Both the position numbers and the translations under genes were made by a program. Of a stretch of DNA of 64,000 bases, positions 12,140 through 24,488 are shown one piece after another. Location of the stretch: assembly GCA_002269645.1 (NCBI GenBank), contig NIVC01000670.1:1-64000 (forward strand), written 5' to 3'. Positions within the stretch are counted from its first letter, which is position 1; every line of letters begins with the position of its first letter. The notes below the pieces were generated by a model that ran no database searches, was not told where the DNA came from, and was given only the letters and a program-made list of their open reading frames with translations. This stretch comes from Macrostomum lignano (taxonomy: Eukaryota).

Positions 12140-13405
12140 TGAGGGGATTAGAGATGGGGTGAGAGAGTATTAGAGATGGGGTGAAAGGGGATTAGAGATG
12201 GGTGGGAGGGGATTAGAGATGGGGTGAGAGGGAAATTAGAGATAGGGGTGAGAGAGTATTTGAGATGGGGTGAAAGGGGTTAAAGATGGGGTGAGAGAGT
12301 ATTAGAGATGGGGTGAAAGGGGATTAGAGATGGGGTGGGAGGGGATTAGAGATGGGGTGGGAGGGGATTAGAGATGGGGTGAGAGGGAAATTAGAGATAG
12401 GGGTGAGAGAGTATTAGAGATAGGGGTGAGAGGGGATTAGAGATGGGGTGAGAGAGTATTAGAGATGGGGTGAAAGGGGATTAGAGATGGGGTGGGAGGG
12501 GATTAGAGATGGGGTGAGAGGGAAATTAGAGATAGGGGTGAGAGAGTATTAGAGATAGGGGTGAGAGGGGATTAGAGATGGGGTGGGAGGGGATTAGAGA
12601 TGGGGTGAGAGGGAAATTAGAGATAGGGGTGAGAGAGTATTTGAGATGGGGTGAAAGGGGATTAAAGATGGGGTGAGAGAGTATTAGAGATGGGGTGAAA
12701 GGGGATTAGAGATGGGGTGGGAGGGGATTAGAGATGGGGTGAAAGGGGATTAGAGATGGGGTGGGAGGGGATTAGAGATGGGGTGAGAGGGAAATTAGAG
12801 ATAGGGGTGAGAGAGTATTAGAGATAGGGGTGAGAGGGGATTAGAGATGGGGTGGGAGGGGATTAGAGATGGGGTGAGAGGGAAATTAGAGATAGGGGTG
12901 AGAGAGTATTTGAGATGGGGTGAAAGGGGATTAAAGATGGGGTGAGAGAGTATTAGAGATGGGGTGAAAGGGGATTAGAGATGGGGTGGGAGGGGATTAG
13001 AGATTGGGTGAAAGGGGATTAGAGATGGGATGAGAGAGTATTAGAGATGGGGTGAAAGGGATTAGAGATGGGGTGAGAGAGTATTTGAGATGGGGTGAAA
13101 GGGGATTAGAGATGGGGTGGGAGGGGATTAGAGATGGGGTGAGAGGGAAATTAGAGATAGGGGTGAGAGGGTATTAGAGATGGGGTTAGAGGGGAATTCG
13201 AGATGGGGGTGAGAGGGGAAATAGAGATGGGGATGAGAGGGGAATTAAAGATAGAGGTGAGAGGGGATTAGAGATGGGGTGAGAGGGGAATTAGAGATGG
13301 GGTGAGAGGGGAATTAGAGATGGGGTGAGAGGGGAATTAGAGATGAGGGTGAGAGGGGAATTAGAGATGGGGTGAGAGGGGAATTAGAGATGAGGGTGAG
13401 AGGGA
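12140..13405. repeat. G-rich minisatellite, about 20-21-bp unit GAGGGGATTAGAGATGGGGT
   Basis: Variant tandem copies with higher-order structure. Confidence 0.95.
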
Positions 13406-14033
13406 TATTAATGATAAGGTGAAAAGGGTATCTAACATAAAGGTCAGATGGATACAAGGCATGCCTATACCAGCACAGACTATATGCAACAGTCCGTGGA
13501 TTTAACCAAAGATATACATGTAGTGACTAATCCTAAGTAGTCCCTCTATAGGAGATTTAGAGATATTTCAGCACCATATTATAATACATCAGAGAAGCCC
13601 CAGGTGCATAACGGGACTCGGGAGAGATTTTCTTACTCGTAGATTAGAGCCAGGTAAACAGCCAGACTCAAAAGAGATCAAAGTAGCTACAGAAACGAGG
13701 CAAAAGTCGCGCGTCCTCCAGAGTCCTGGACGAGTCTTTTATATCCATGTTGTTAACTCAATCGAGCATGCAATGGTGGGTTCAGCACGCCTGTGTTGCA
13801 TGAGACAGACCAGGCCTACGAGCTAAGGTCTGCGATCCTACACACGTGCAGCCCCTCTATTCTGGTGCAGGAATGGCAGGAGAACTCTCTCCAAGCTGAC
13901 TCGCAAGCCGACCCAGGGGTTCACGCCCCGCATGTGTTCAAGGCAGCTCTAGGGCTGCTGGACTGACTGGGCTCCGGCGGCGGCAACCGATCCGTGGCCT
14001 TTTGGCCAAGTTGGGTACGGGCTCCGCCCGGAA

Positions 14034-15931
14034 GTGAACCTGTGCGTATCAGGTACCTCTGGCCACGGCTCTGAGGAACAGGTATCACCCTCTGACCTTA
14101 ACAGGGTATGCGGCCAGTCCGCAGGCTCCGGAGGCAGTCCTCCTGCTTCCCTCAAGGGCACAGTGCCAAGCCACCTCGCTACCTCTTGGCCTGGCTGTTG
14201 GGTTTGGGGTTACGGCCCAGCAGCTTCTCACCTCTGGTCCCCATTCGCCTTTCAGCGACTCATTGAGTATTCATTTACATCCAACACGTCCGAGGCTGCT
14301 GGAGCACCAACCGAGGTTGGTACCGCGGCCCAGCCGGACATTCGCAACACCGGAACCCCCGGTGCCTCTCAGTCAGCCCCTGCCGCCGCTCAGGACAATG
14401 CCGGAGTGGCTGGACAACAGGACAGCAGACCTCAGACCTCTAAAAAGAAGGCCCGTAGCATTGCTCGCTACAAAGCTTTTCTTCAGCGCAAAGCGGAGGA
14501 ACGGAGGAATGCGAAAGCCGCCCCTCTGGACACCTCCGAGGAGGATGCCGGTAACTCTGCGAATCCCGCGGAGGAGCCGACATCCGACAAGGGGGCGGAC
14601 CTCGCGCGCCGGTCAGAAGCGTCAGGTGCCGCCGAAGCTCCTGGTGCGGCTGGCCCCTCCCGTGACGGGCCCTCTGCCCGTGTGGAAGCTCCCACGGCCG
14701 CGGAGGGATCCAAAGCGGGGGTGCTGGCCAAACCACCAAGCCGAAGCGCACCTATGCGGCTATGGCCAAGATGCAGCCGGCCCTGGTTATCCAAGGCCAG
14801 AAGAGGCCTCTTACGGTCGAACAGCTCGACCAAATCTGGCGCAGGTTGGACTCCCATTGGTCAAGATGGCCTTGAGCGGCACCACTATTCAAGTCCAAAA
14901 GAAGAAAGTCGAGGAACAAGCCCTCCATATCCAGCCCGCCGACAGCCAGTCTGGACAGCAGCTCCTCGAGATGCTGAAAGCCTTCGACTGGGGTACGGAG
15001 CTGGAAAACCTGTTTATCTACAGGGAGGATGATATGTATGCCTTTAGTACGAACTATGTCTATGGGCAAGCCTGCGAGCTGAAGTTGAGCTGGATTAAAA
15101 GAGAGACAGTTCGCTAAGTTAGACGCTAACGCGCGAGAAATACACACGGCGTAAAAGCCAGAGCCTTGAGCTGACTAAACTTCTAAGTTGCTTTACTTAG
15201 TGACTACGTGATTTGTGCAAAGACGAAACAGAGGACGAGCGACCCCGGACACACCGGCACCGTGCCTGGATTCCGGCTCGCAGTTCCATCACCAAGGCCG
15301 ACGAGCTGCGTCGCCTGCTAGTGGCTACCAAACCGGAGCTGCCGGCTAATCGCGTCGTAGTTCACGAGACCATCTCCAAGCCGGGCGGAGACGGTTTTAC
15401 GGCTATTCTTCGACTGTCGGATAGCTGGATGCTCCGCTACCCGGACATGTCCCTTATCCCTGTCGGGCTGATGCAGATTCAGCTCTTTAGCTTTGAGTCT
15501 GACGCCACCCGTCCACCGCCCCCGGAGAAGCGTAAGCGGGCGAGCGGGGGCTCTGCCGGGCGGAAACGCCCAGGAAAAGAAGCTCCCGTTCGTCACGACC
15601 CCTCCGAGGGCGTGGACGCTGTCAGAGGGAAAGCCGCGAAAGCTGCAGCAACAGGCGGACGTGGAAAGGGCCGGAAACCCGCCCGGAACACTATCCGCTC
15701 TGGTCTGACTCAGCGCGCGAAGCAGCTGCTGGACACCGCCAAGGCCAACAACCGCAGCAACCCCTAGCCCAGTGTCACCACTGCTGCCCCCCCCCCCCGG
15801 AAAACCGGGTCGAGAGCGAGAATGCCGCACAGGTGGCGGCCCCGCCCTCGACCATGGAGACCACCCGGGAGGAGCCCATGGAACTGGAGCCTGGAGACAT
15901 CGGCGAGGCAGAAGAGGTGGCTCTCCTGTAA
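14034..15931 (+). pseudogene. Disrupted LINE ORF1 (gag-like, DUF4780-like region)
   Basis: Fragments TYAAMAK..LTVEQLDQIWRRL / LKAFDWG..IYRED / ERPRTHRHRAWIP..LLVATKPEL..AILRL join across frameshifts and across the solo LTR. The DUF4780 resemblance was judged by eye. Confidence 0.6.
15030..15230. mobile_element. Solo LTR (201 bp) nested in LINE ORF1
   Basis: Starts TG, ends CA, with 5-bp TSD GAGGA (15025-15029, 15231-15235). Removing it restores the frame IYREDERPRTH. Confidence 0.8.
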
Positions 15932-17199
15932 AACTCGCCTTGAGCCGGCAGGAAGCTGCGCGACCACTCTTGGAATCCCCGGAGTGGAAATCCTGCAGCT
16001 AAACCTACACCATTGCATCGCGGCCTCGACCAACCTGATGCGGGTGGCAAGCTTTGTGAAACCGGGCATTATCCTAATCCAGGAGCCCTGGACAAAGAAA
16101 GGCCGGAGGATCTCTGCCAGCTCGTCCGCTACCTAAGGGCTACCGGGCGAGCGACAATCCACCTCCTGGACTCTCCGGAGGGGGACCGCGCTGCGGACAC
16201 CGGCGCCACCGGAACTTCCTGCGCGACACCGCAGCACTAGCTGCCCGTGGTCGCCAGGGGTTAGCGAAATAGGGGGCAACGCCTCCTCGCTGTTTCCGGA
16301 CGCACGGAGCCCCCTGCAGCTAAGTCAAGTCAAGTAACTCAATCGAGTTTAATACCTGGAGCAGCAGCAGCTGCTAAGGCTGAACAGATGAGCACGTTTT
16401 GAACAATCGTTCCCAGTCCGCCGACTGACAGCCTGTGCAGATCGTGCCACGCAAGTGCATGCTGTACTTAGTAGGCCCAGGTTGATAGATTGATAGAGGG
16501 ATGAAGGGCTGTCAGTTCCCGATACGAGGGGCAAATATAGGAGCCTAGGAGCCTAGGAAGGCCCATTGGTGTGTGGGGGGTGGCAAGGGCAAAGTGCGGG
16601 GGCTTGGATCCCCAGGCTTTGTTAAAGGAGCATGGAATCGGGAACACGCACAGTTTGGTGGGGAAGGGTGTTGCAGAGCTACCCCAGCAAGCCCTATTGG
16701 CTTGGACCAATGGAGAGTTGGACTGGCGCCCTCAACCCTCGCCGCGCTCTCTCTATCTCCCTTCCTCTGACATGCCGAATATAAAGGCTAAGGCTCCATA
16801 GCATAGCCAACTAGCAATTCACAGGACCAGCCCAGACACAGCCCGAGTTGTGCGCAGACAAGATATTACAGCTTGTTGGTTACGCAACGAGAGGTAGGTT
16901 AGGGGCAGGCACAGCAAAAGCGCGAGAGGGGCTCTAGCACATTCCACTACGATTGTCCGAGCGTTCAGTTTTTCATTTCAACTTTTTCTCGCCTTCTTTT
17001 TAAGTTGCGCAACTTCATTCGGCCATCGCTAGTCTGGCACGAAGCAGTCTGGTCTGTCTGGTTTGTGTTGATTCCAATTGGCATCTATGAGCTCTGGTGA
17101 GTTTGACTGCTTTTTGTTAAACATTGTTCTTTTAGTGCGATTGTAGACAGGAGGGGCACCCTGTGTTGGTTGGAAGAGTGCCTACTAGAATACGAGAAA

Positions 17200-17590
17200 G
17201 ACGCCATTAGTATGAGATGCGCCATTCTAGTATTAGAGGCGCCATTATAGTATGAGAGGCACCATTCTAGTATGAGAGGCGCCATTTCTAGCATAAAATG
17301 CGCCATTCCAGTATTAGAAGCGCCAATCTAGTATGAGATACACCAGTCTTGTATCAGAGGCGCCATCCTAGTATGAGATGCGCTATTATAGTAGGAGAGG
17401 CGCCATTCCTAGCGTAAGATGCGCCATTCTAGTATTAGAGGCGCCAATCAAGTATGAGATGCGCCATTCTAGTATCAGAGGCGCCATTCCAGTATGCGAG
17501 GCGCCATTCTATTGTAATATGAGAGGCACCATTCTAGTATGAGAGGTGCCATTCTATTGTAATAGAATTGTAATAGAGGCTAGTATGAGA
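17200..17590. repeat. Degenerate 20-bp minisatellite GCGCCATTCTAGTATGAGA(G/T)
   Basis: Same family as 19678-20935. Confidence 0.85.
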
Positions 17591-17616
17591 TTCACTGGAA
17601 TAGGGACAAGTTTGCT

Positions 17617-18712
17617 GGAGTTGGAGTCATGGTAGTGGAATTGGAGTCAGGGTGATGGAGTTGGAGTCATGGTAGTGGAATTGGAGTCAGGGTGATGGAG
17701 TTGGAGTCAGTGTAGTAGAGTTGGAGTCAGGGTGCTTGAGTTGGAGTCAGGGTGATGGAATTGGAGTCAGGGTGATGGAGTTGGAGTCAGGGTGATGGAG
17801 TTGGAGTCAGGGTGATGGAGTTGGAGTCAGGGTGATGGAGTTGGAGTCAGGGTGATGGAGTTGGAGTCAGTGTAGTGGAGTTGGAGTCAGGGTGATGGAG
17901 TTGGAGTCAGGGTGCTTGAGTTGGAGTCAGGGTGATGGAGTTGGAGTCAGGGTGCTTGAGTTGGAGTCAGGGTGATGGAGTTGGAGTCAGGGTGATGGAG
18001 TTGGAGTCAGGGTGATGGAGTTGGAGTCAGGGTGATGGAGTTGGAGTCAGGGTGATGGAGTTGGAGTCAGGGTGATGGAATTGGAGTCAGGGTGATGGAA
18101 TTGGAGTCAGGGTGATGGAGTTGGAGTCAGGGTGATGGAGTTGGAGTCAGGGTGATGGAGTTGGAGTCAGGGTGATGGAATTGGAGTCAGGGTGATGGAG
18201 TTGGAGTCAGGGTGATGGAGTTGGAGTCAGGGTGATGGAATTGGAGTCAGGGTGATGGAGTTGGAGTCAGGGTACTGGAGTTGGAGTCAGGGTGATGGAG
18301 TTGGAGTCAGGGTGATGGAGTTGGAGTCAGGGTGATGGAGTTGGAGTCAGGGTGATGGAGTTGGAGGCAGGGTGATGGAATTGGAGTCAGGGTGATGGAG
18401 TTGGAGGCAGGGTGATGGAATTGGAGTCAGGATGATGGAATTGGAGTCAGGGTGATGGAATTGGAGTCAGGGTGATGGAATTGGAGTCAGGGTGATGGAG
18501 TTGGAGGCAGGGTGATGGAATTGGAGTCAGGGTGATGGAGTTGGAGGCAGGGTGATGGAATTGGAGTCAGGGTGATGGAGTTGGAGGCAGGGTGATGGAA
18601 TTAGAGTCAGGATGATGGAATTGGAGTCAGGGTGATGGAATTGGAGTCAGGGTGATGGAATTGGAGTCAGGGTGATGGAGTTGGAGGCAGGGTGATGGAA
18701 TTGGAGGCAGGG
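17617..18712. repeat. Minisatellite, 20-bp unit TTGGAGTCAGGGTGATGGAG
   Basis: About 55 copies. Confidence 0.95.
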
Positions 18713-19677
18713 TGGGACTTAAATTAGGGCTAAAATTTCTCAGTGGAACATAACCTCACAACCATATGCCATCATCAAACACGAATCTCTTTTACACCCA
18801 GAAAACCAGTCGCATTAAAGTGCATTGGGAACTCTAGTAGGGCTTTGCGAAAGTGCAACCCCACTGGGCAGAGCTGCCCTCCAGCCGTACATGCACTTGC
18901 CTGCTCGCCTGCATGCACCGTTGGAGGAGAGGCCAGCATCAAGGGGCGCGTGAAGGGGGGGGGGTAGCGCAGACGGGGGCAGGCGGACTAGAAGTTCGGC
19001 TTGATTGATTTCGAGTGTAAAAGTGCAAACTGCGGCTTTTCGTTGGGAAAAAAATCCCCGGGGCTGGCAGGGAAGGACGCTGAGGAGGAGGAGGAGGGGT
19101 TGAAGCCGAAAACCTGGAGTGCTGGGATAGGGAAGGAGATGGGAAAAAGTTCCCTATAACTCTCTCTCTCTCTCTCTCTCCAGGTTCGTACCCCCATGCC
19201 GCTCACTTTCTCAATGCGCCCGCCGGGTCTTGCTTCTTGTCTTCTTCTTTCAATCTGGAGAGGCCCGAGATGCAAACTAGAGACAGGGAGAGGGGAAGGG
19301 ACGCTGTGTGGTTTAGGCTCACTGGCGAGTGCGTCATCTCTTGGAGCAGACAAAGTGCACTAAGGAGAATATAAGGGGACATTATTTGGCTTTCTGTCAC
19401 GCTCCCAGGTCTGACGGATAGGCCCTGAGGGGGGGGGTTGCTGAACTTCTGTGTCTTGTTGACGCAGTTCAACTGACGCAAGCAGTTTCCTGCGCAGCCG
19501 TAGCAAATTACAGGTTTCTGGGAGACATGCTGTCAATATAATTGAACACTGTTCTCACTGATGCGTTTGTTAATTGAAACTGCAGCTGTTTCAGCAGACC
19601 TGATGTCATTTGAAATAAAAATATTACGTTTTAAGTCTCTAGAAATGACTTAAAAAGTGTAAACGGAGGTATTAAAA

Positions 19678-20935
19678 TTGCGCCATTCTAGCATGAGATG
19701 CGCCATTCTAGTATGAGAGGCGTCATTCTAGTATGAGATGCGGCATTCTAGTGTGAGAGGCGTCATTCTAGTATGAGATGCGCCATTCTAGTGTGAGAGG
19801 CTTCATTCTAGTGTGAGATGCGCCATTCTAGTGTGAGAGGCTTCATTGTAGTGTGAGATGCGCCATTCTAGTGTGAGAGGCTTCATTGTAGTGTGAGATG
19901 CGCCATTCTAGTGTGAGAGGCTTCATTCTAGTATGAGATGCGCCATTCTAGTGTGAGAGGCTTCATTCTAGTATGAGATGCGCCATTCTAGTGTGAGAGG
20001 CTTCATTCTAGTATGAGATGCGCCATTCTAGTGTGAGAGGCTTCATTCTAGTATGAGATGCGCCATTCTAGTGTGAGAGGCTTCATTCTAGTATGAGATG
20101 CGCCATTCTAGTGTGAGAGGCATCATTCTAGTATGAGAGGCGTCATTCTAGCATGAGATGCGCCATTCTAGTATGAGATGCGCCATTCTAGTGTGAGAGG
20201 CTTCATTCTAGTATGAGATGCGCCATTCTAGTGTGAGAGGCGTCATTCTAGTATGAGAGGCGTCATTCTAGCATGAGATGCGCCATTCTAGTATGAGAGG
20301 CGTCATTCTAGTATGAGAGGCGTCATTCTAGCATGAGATGCGCCATTCTAGTATGAGATGGGCCATTCTAGTGTGAGAGGCTTCATTCTAGTATGAGATG
20401 CGCCATTCTAGTGTGAGAGGCGTCATTCTAGTATGAGAGGCGTCATTCTAGCATGAGATGCGCCATTCTAGTATGAGAGGCGTCATTCTAGTATGAGAGG
20501 CGTCATTATAGCATGAGATGCGCCATTCTAGTATGAGATGCGCCATTCTAGTGTGAGAGGCATGGTTCTAGTATGAGATGCGCCATTCTAGTGTGAGATG
20601 CGCCATTCTAGCATGAGACGCGTCATTCTAGTATGAGAGGCGTCATTCTAGTATGAGATGCGCCATTCTAGCATGAGATGCGCCATTCCAGTATGAGATG
20701 CACCATTCTAGTATAAGAGGCGCCCTTCTGGGATGAGATGCGCCATTCTAGTATGAGAGGCGTCATTCTAGTATGAGATGCGCCATTCTAGCATGAGATG
20801 CGCCATTCTAGTGTGAGAGGCTTTATTCTAGTATGAGTTGCACCATTCCAGTATGAGATGCACCATTCTAGTATAAGAGGCGCCCTTCTGGGATGAGATG
20901 CGCCATTCTAGTATGAGAGGCGCCATTCTGTCACT
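19678..20935. repeat. Minisatellite, 20-bp unit (40-bp dimer) GCGCCATTCTAGT(A/G)TGAGA
   Basis: About 60 copies. Confidence 0.95.
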
Positions 20936-21469
20936 AGAGACGCACTGCAGCTTTTACTATAGACAACTAGGGAATCTTCCGTGGTCAATTGGTGCAAGCA
21001 AAGTTGCACCCCCAAATTTAAGGCAGATGAGCATACTTCTATTGGAAACCATTCATTATTGATCTGCTGTCTATGGCCTGAACCAAAATGACGAGCTTCA
21101 AAAATACAAGTAACGAGAACGTTGTCAGAATTTTTTAATGGATAAACTTATCAATTTGAAATATTTACTCAGAAATTTTGAAAAATACGATCAACGATTA
21201 ACTTTATAAGCCTATATGAATCAGTGATACGTCAGCCCAGACCTGAGCATTGCTTGAGCATTCACGTATCTCAATGCTCTCTACCGTTCATGGCTTGATC
21301 CTTGCCAGATTTGCAAAGTACATGGCATTCAATCAATGGTATGTAGACCTTAGTCAAAGGTTCACCATATCCGGGCAGTGTCGCTTTCTTGGCTCTGAGT
21401 CTTTGACAAAACTCAGTGGCCATATAATTGCAGCAGGTTTGAGGCTTGCTGGTCTCTCAGTGGGAGTGC

Positions 21470-21632
21470 TGTCTAGGGCGTGCTCTATGGCGTGCTGTCT
21501 ATGGCGTGCTGTCTATGGCGTGCTGTCTATGGCGTGCTGTCTATGGCGTGCTGTCTATGGCGTGCTGTCTATGGCGCGCTGTCTATGGCGTGCTGTCTAT
21601 GGCGTGCTGTCTATGGCGTGCTGTCTATGGCG
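21470..21632. repeat. Minisatellite, 14-bp unit GTGCTGTCTATGGC
   Basis: About 11 copies. Confidence 0.9.
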
Positions 21633-23335
21633 TAACCTGTCTATATTCTTATAGGAATAGGAAATTCAGATGACAGAAGCAAGTAATCGGTCCTTTATTT
21701 AGTTTCTAGAGGTTAAAAATGAGTACTGAAGATAATTTTATCTTCTGACGAGAAGAACTCTCTTCAGTAAAGAGTCAAACACATAGATGAGGGGTTGGAA
21801 AACTTTGGCCCGCGAAGCCTCTATTCGGCCCTCGGGTCTGTGAAGCCCGCTCAAGGTCTCTTCTCAGCTCTCTTATCGTATCTTCTCTCTTCCCTCTTCT
21901 CTCGATCCTCTCAATGCTCATTTCTCTCCTCTCTCCTCTAATCTTCTCCCTCATCTCTTCTCTCATACCAGATCTTATCGCATCTCTCCTCTCATCTCTC
22001 TCGCTCTCTCGAAATCCCTTGCACCGCTTATTAGTACAATTTTGTTTCGTTCAGCCTCAAAGGCGAGGTGAGAATAACAGACAATGAGATATAAAAATCT
22101 GAGAAAAGAGCGTTAGGGAGAGAAAATGCGATAAAGGCTGTCTAAATAGTCCACCACCCCCCATCCAGGCCAGCTCGCCTCGGCTCTCCCGGCCCCCTTC
22201 TCTAATCCAGGCACCTGCCCTGGATGCGCTTTAGAATCCGCCCCAAGCCGGGTCAATTCAGGTCAAGGCGAACAGCAGCGCGGCAGAGAGGAGAGACGGA
22301 GGGGTTGGCTGGGCCGACTGAACTGGAGAGAGAGCAGCCCTCCCACTCTACCCCACTTCTAGCTGTCCCAATCTATCCTCACGGTGCAAGAGGGGAAGGA
22401 GGCGGCTAGGTCCAGGGTTGCACTATTTTTCAGCGGACATTCCTAACCGCCGGCGCGGCTGCTCTGGACCAGAAATCTCTGGTTCACCTTGCGTCAACTT
22501 GCTGGTTATTTTGTCCTTAGTTCAAAAAAATTAGCCGAAACCAATCGAAAGTTCATTCAGGGGTAGTATCCTCATTTTTTAGACAACAACCAAGGTTAGG
22601 TCCATCAGAAATCACTAACAAAATTTCTAGATCCTTTAAAAATAATTTAAAAATCTTCCAAGTGTACCGTCGAAATCATCAAAAACCTTTCCAAGTCCTT
22701 CGAAATCATCAACAACTCTTCCAAGTCCTTCGAAATCATCAACAACTCTTCCAAGTCCTTCGAAATCATCAACAACTCTTCCAAGTCCTTCGAAATCATT
22801 AACAACTCTTCTAAGTCCTTCGAAATCATCAACAACTCTTCTAAGTCCTTCGAAATCATCAACAACTCTTCCAAGTCCTTCGAAATCATCAACAACTCTT
22901 CCAAGTCCTTCGAAATCATCAACAACTCTTCTAAGTCCTTCGAAATCATCAACAACTCTTCTAAGTCCTTCGAAATCATCAACGACTCTTCCAAGTCCTT
23001 CGAAATCATCAACGACTCTTCCAAGTCCTTCGAAATCATCAACAACTCTTCCAAGTCCTTTGAAATCATCAACAACTCTTCCAAGTCCTTTGAAATCATC
23101 AACAACTCTTCCAAATCCTTTGAAATCATCAACAACTCTTCCAAGTCCTTCGAAATCATCAACAACTCTTCTAAGTCTTTCAGAATCATCAACAACTCTT
23201 CTAAGTCTTTCAGAATCATCAACAACTCTTCCAAGTCTTTCAGAATCATCAACAACTCTTCCAAGTCTTTCAGAATCATCAACAACTCTTCCAAGTCCTT
23301 CAGAATCATCAACAAATCTTCTAAGTCTTTCAGAA

Positions 23336-23695
23336 GGGGGGCCGTAGCCCAGCGGTCTAGCGCAGGCTCTGGTATGCCAGCGACCCAGGCTCGATTCCAA
23401 GTGCAGTCACATTAATTTGGGGCTGAATTGGAATCTCGGCTTGGCTCTGCTCGTGCAATTAACGGCCTTGAGAGCCAACCCCCCAAGGCGCATTGAAGTG
23501 TACATGCCTGACGATAAAATAAAGTTAGGGCCGCTGTACACTCCTGTGTGAGTGTGTGCCTGCGTACGTATCCGCGCGCTTGTATGCCTGCTCAGAGGAG
23601 TCGGCGGAATGGGCAGTAATGCCTCTCGCCGGTTGTGTGTTGATGTCGCTTAAAGTGCGCCAGGGTGCACACAACCTCCCTGCCTCTAATAAGAA
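23336..23695 (+). mobile_element. tRNA-derived SINE family B, full length
   Basis: A-box (TAGCCCAGCGG) and B-box (GGCTCGATTCC) head; 13-bp TSD AAGTCTTTCAGAA; inserted in the 30-bp minisatellite. Confidence 0.85.
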
Positions 23696-24128
23696 AAGTC
23701 TTTCAGAATCATCAACAACTCTTCCAAGTCCTTTGAAATAATCAACAACTCTTCTAAGTCCTTCGAAATCATCAACGACTCTTCCAAGTCCTTCGAAATC
23801 ATCAACGACTCTTCCAAGTCCTTCGAAATCATCAACAACTCTTCCAAGTCCTTTGAAATCATCAACAACTCTTCCAAGTCCTTTGAAATCATCAACAACT
23901 CTTCCAAATCCTTTGAAATCATCAACAACTCTTCCAAGTCCTTCGAAATCATCAACAACTCTTCTAAGTCTTTCAGAATCATCAACAACTCTTCTAAGTC
24001 TTTCAGAATCATCAACAACTCTTCCAAGTCTTTCAGAATCATCAACAACTCTTCCAAGTCTTTCAGAATCATCAACAACTCTTCCAAGTCCTTCAGAATC
24101 ATCAACAAATCTTCTAAGTCTTTCAGAA

Positions 24129-24488
24129 GGGGGCCGTAGCCCAGCGGTCTAGCGCAGGCTCTGGTATGCCAGCGACCCAGGCTCGATTCCAAGTGCAGTC
24201 ACATTAATTTGGGGCTGAATTGGAATCTCGGCTTGGCTCTGCTCGTGCAATTAACGGCCTTGAGAGCCAACCCCCAAGGCGCATTGAAGTGTACATGCCT
24301 GACGATAAAATAAAGTTAGGGCCGCTGTACACTCCTGTGTGAGTGTGTGCCTGCGTACGTATCCGCGCGCTTGTATGCCTGCTCAGAGGAGTCGGCGGAA
24401 TGGGCAGTAATGCCTCTCGCCGGTTGTGTGTTGATGTCGCTTAAAGTGCGCCAGGGTGCACACAACCTCCCTGCCTCTAATAAGAAAA
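24129..24488 (+). mobile_element. tRNA-derived SINE family B, tandem duplicate (793-bp offset)
   Basis: Apparently identical to 23336-23695, with the same flanks. Confidence 0.85.

Larger units (their letters stand above)
13767..16334 (+). mobile_element. Non-LTR retrotransposon (R1/LOA-like), internally deleted (no RT domain)
   Basis: 13-bp TSD TAACTCAATCGAG at 13754-13766 and 16335-16347. ORF1 remnants are present, then the APE endonuclease start (ILQLNLHHC..ILIQEPW, about 15970-16090) fused to the ORF2 C-terminus ([10 protein letters not shown]), and an (AAGTC)n tail. Confidence 0.85.

Noticed and set aside
15108-15200. Intron-like GT..CTAAC..TTAG segment in LINE ORF1
   Set aside because: Splicing gives an immediate stop; the segment is better explained as part of the solo LTR.
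16350-19540. Possible minus-strand exons (16355-16460; Cys-rich 19430-19530)
   Set aside because: Plausible splice signals, but no recognisable homology and no consistent gene model.
21790-21850. hAT/Charlie-like subterminal motif (GGCCCGCG..CGGCCC)
   Set aside because: No partner TIR or TSD found.
23500-23545. Hammerhead-like CTGACGA in the SINE hairpin (also CTGATGA/CTGACGA at 3587, 8145 antisense and 21747)
   Set aside because: None has the stem II plus GAAA and closing stems needed for a hammerhead core.
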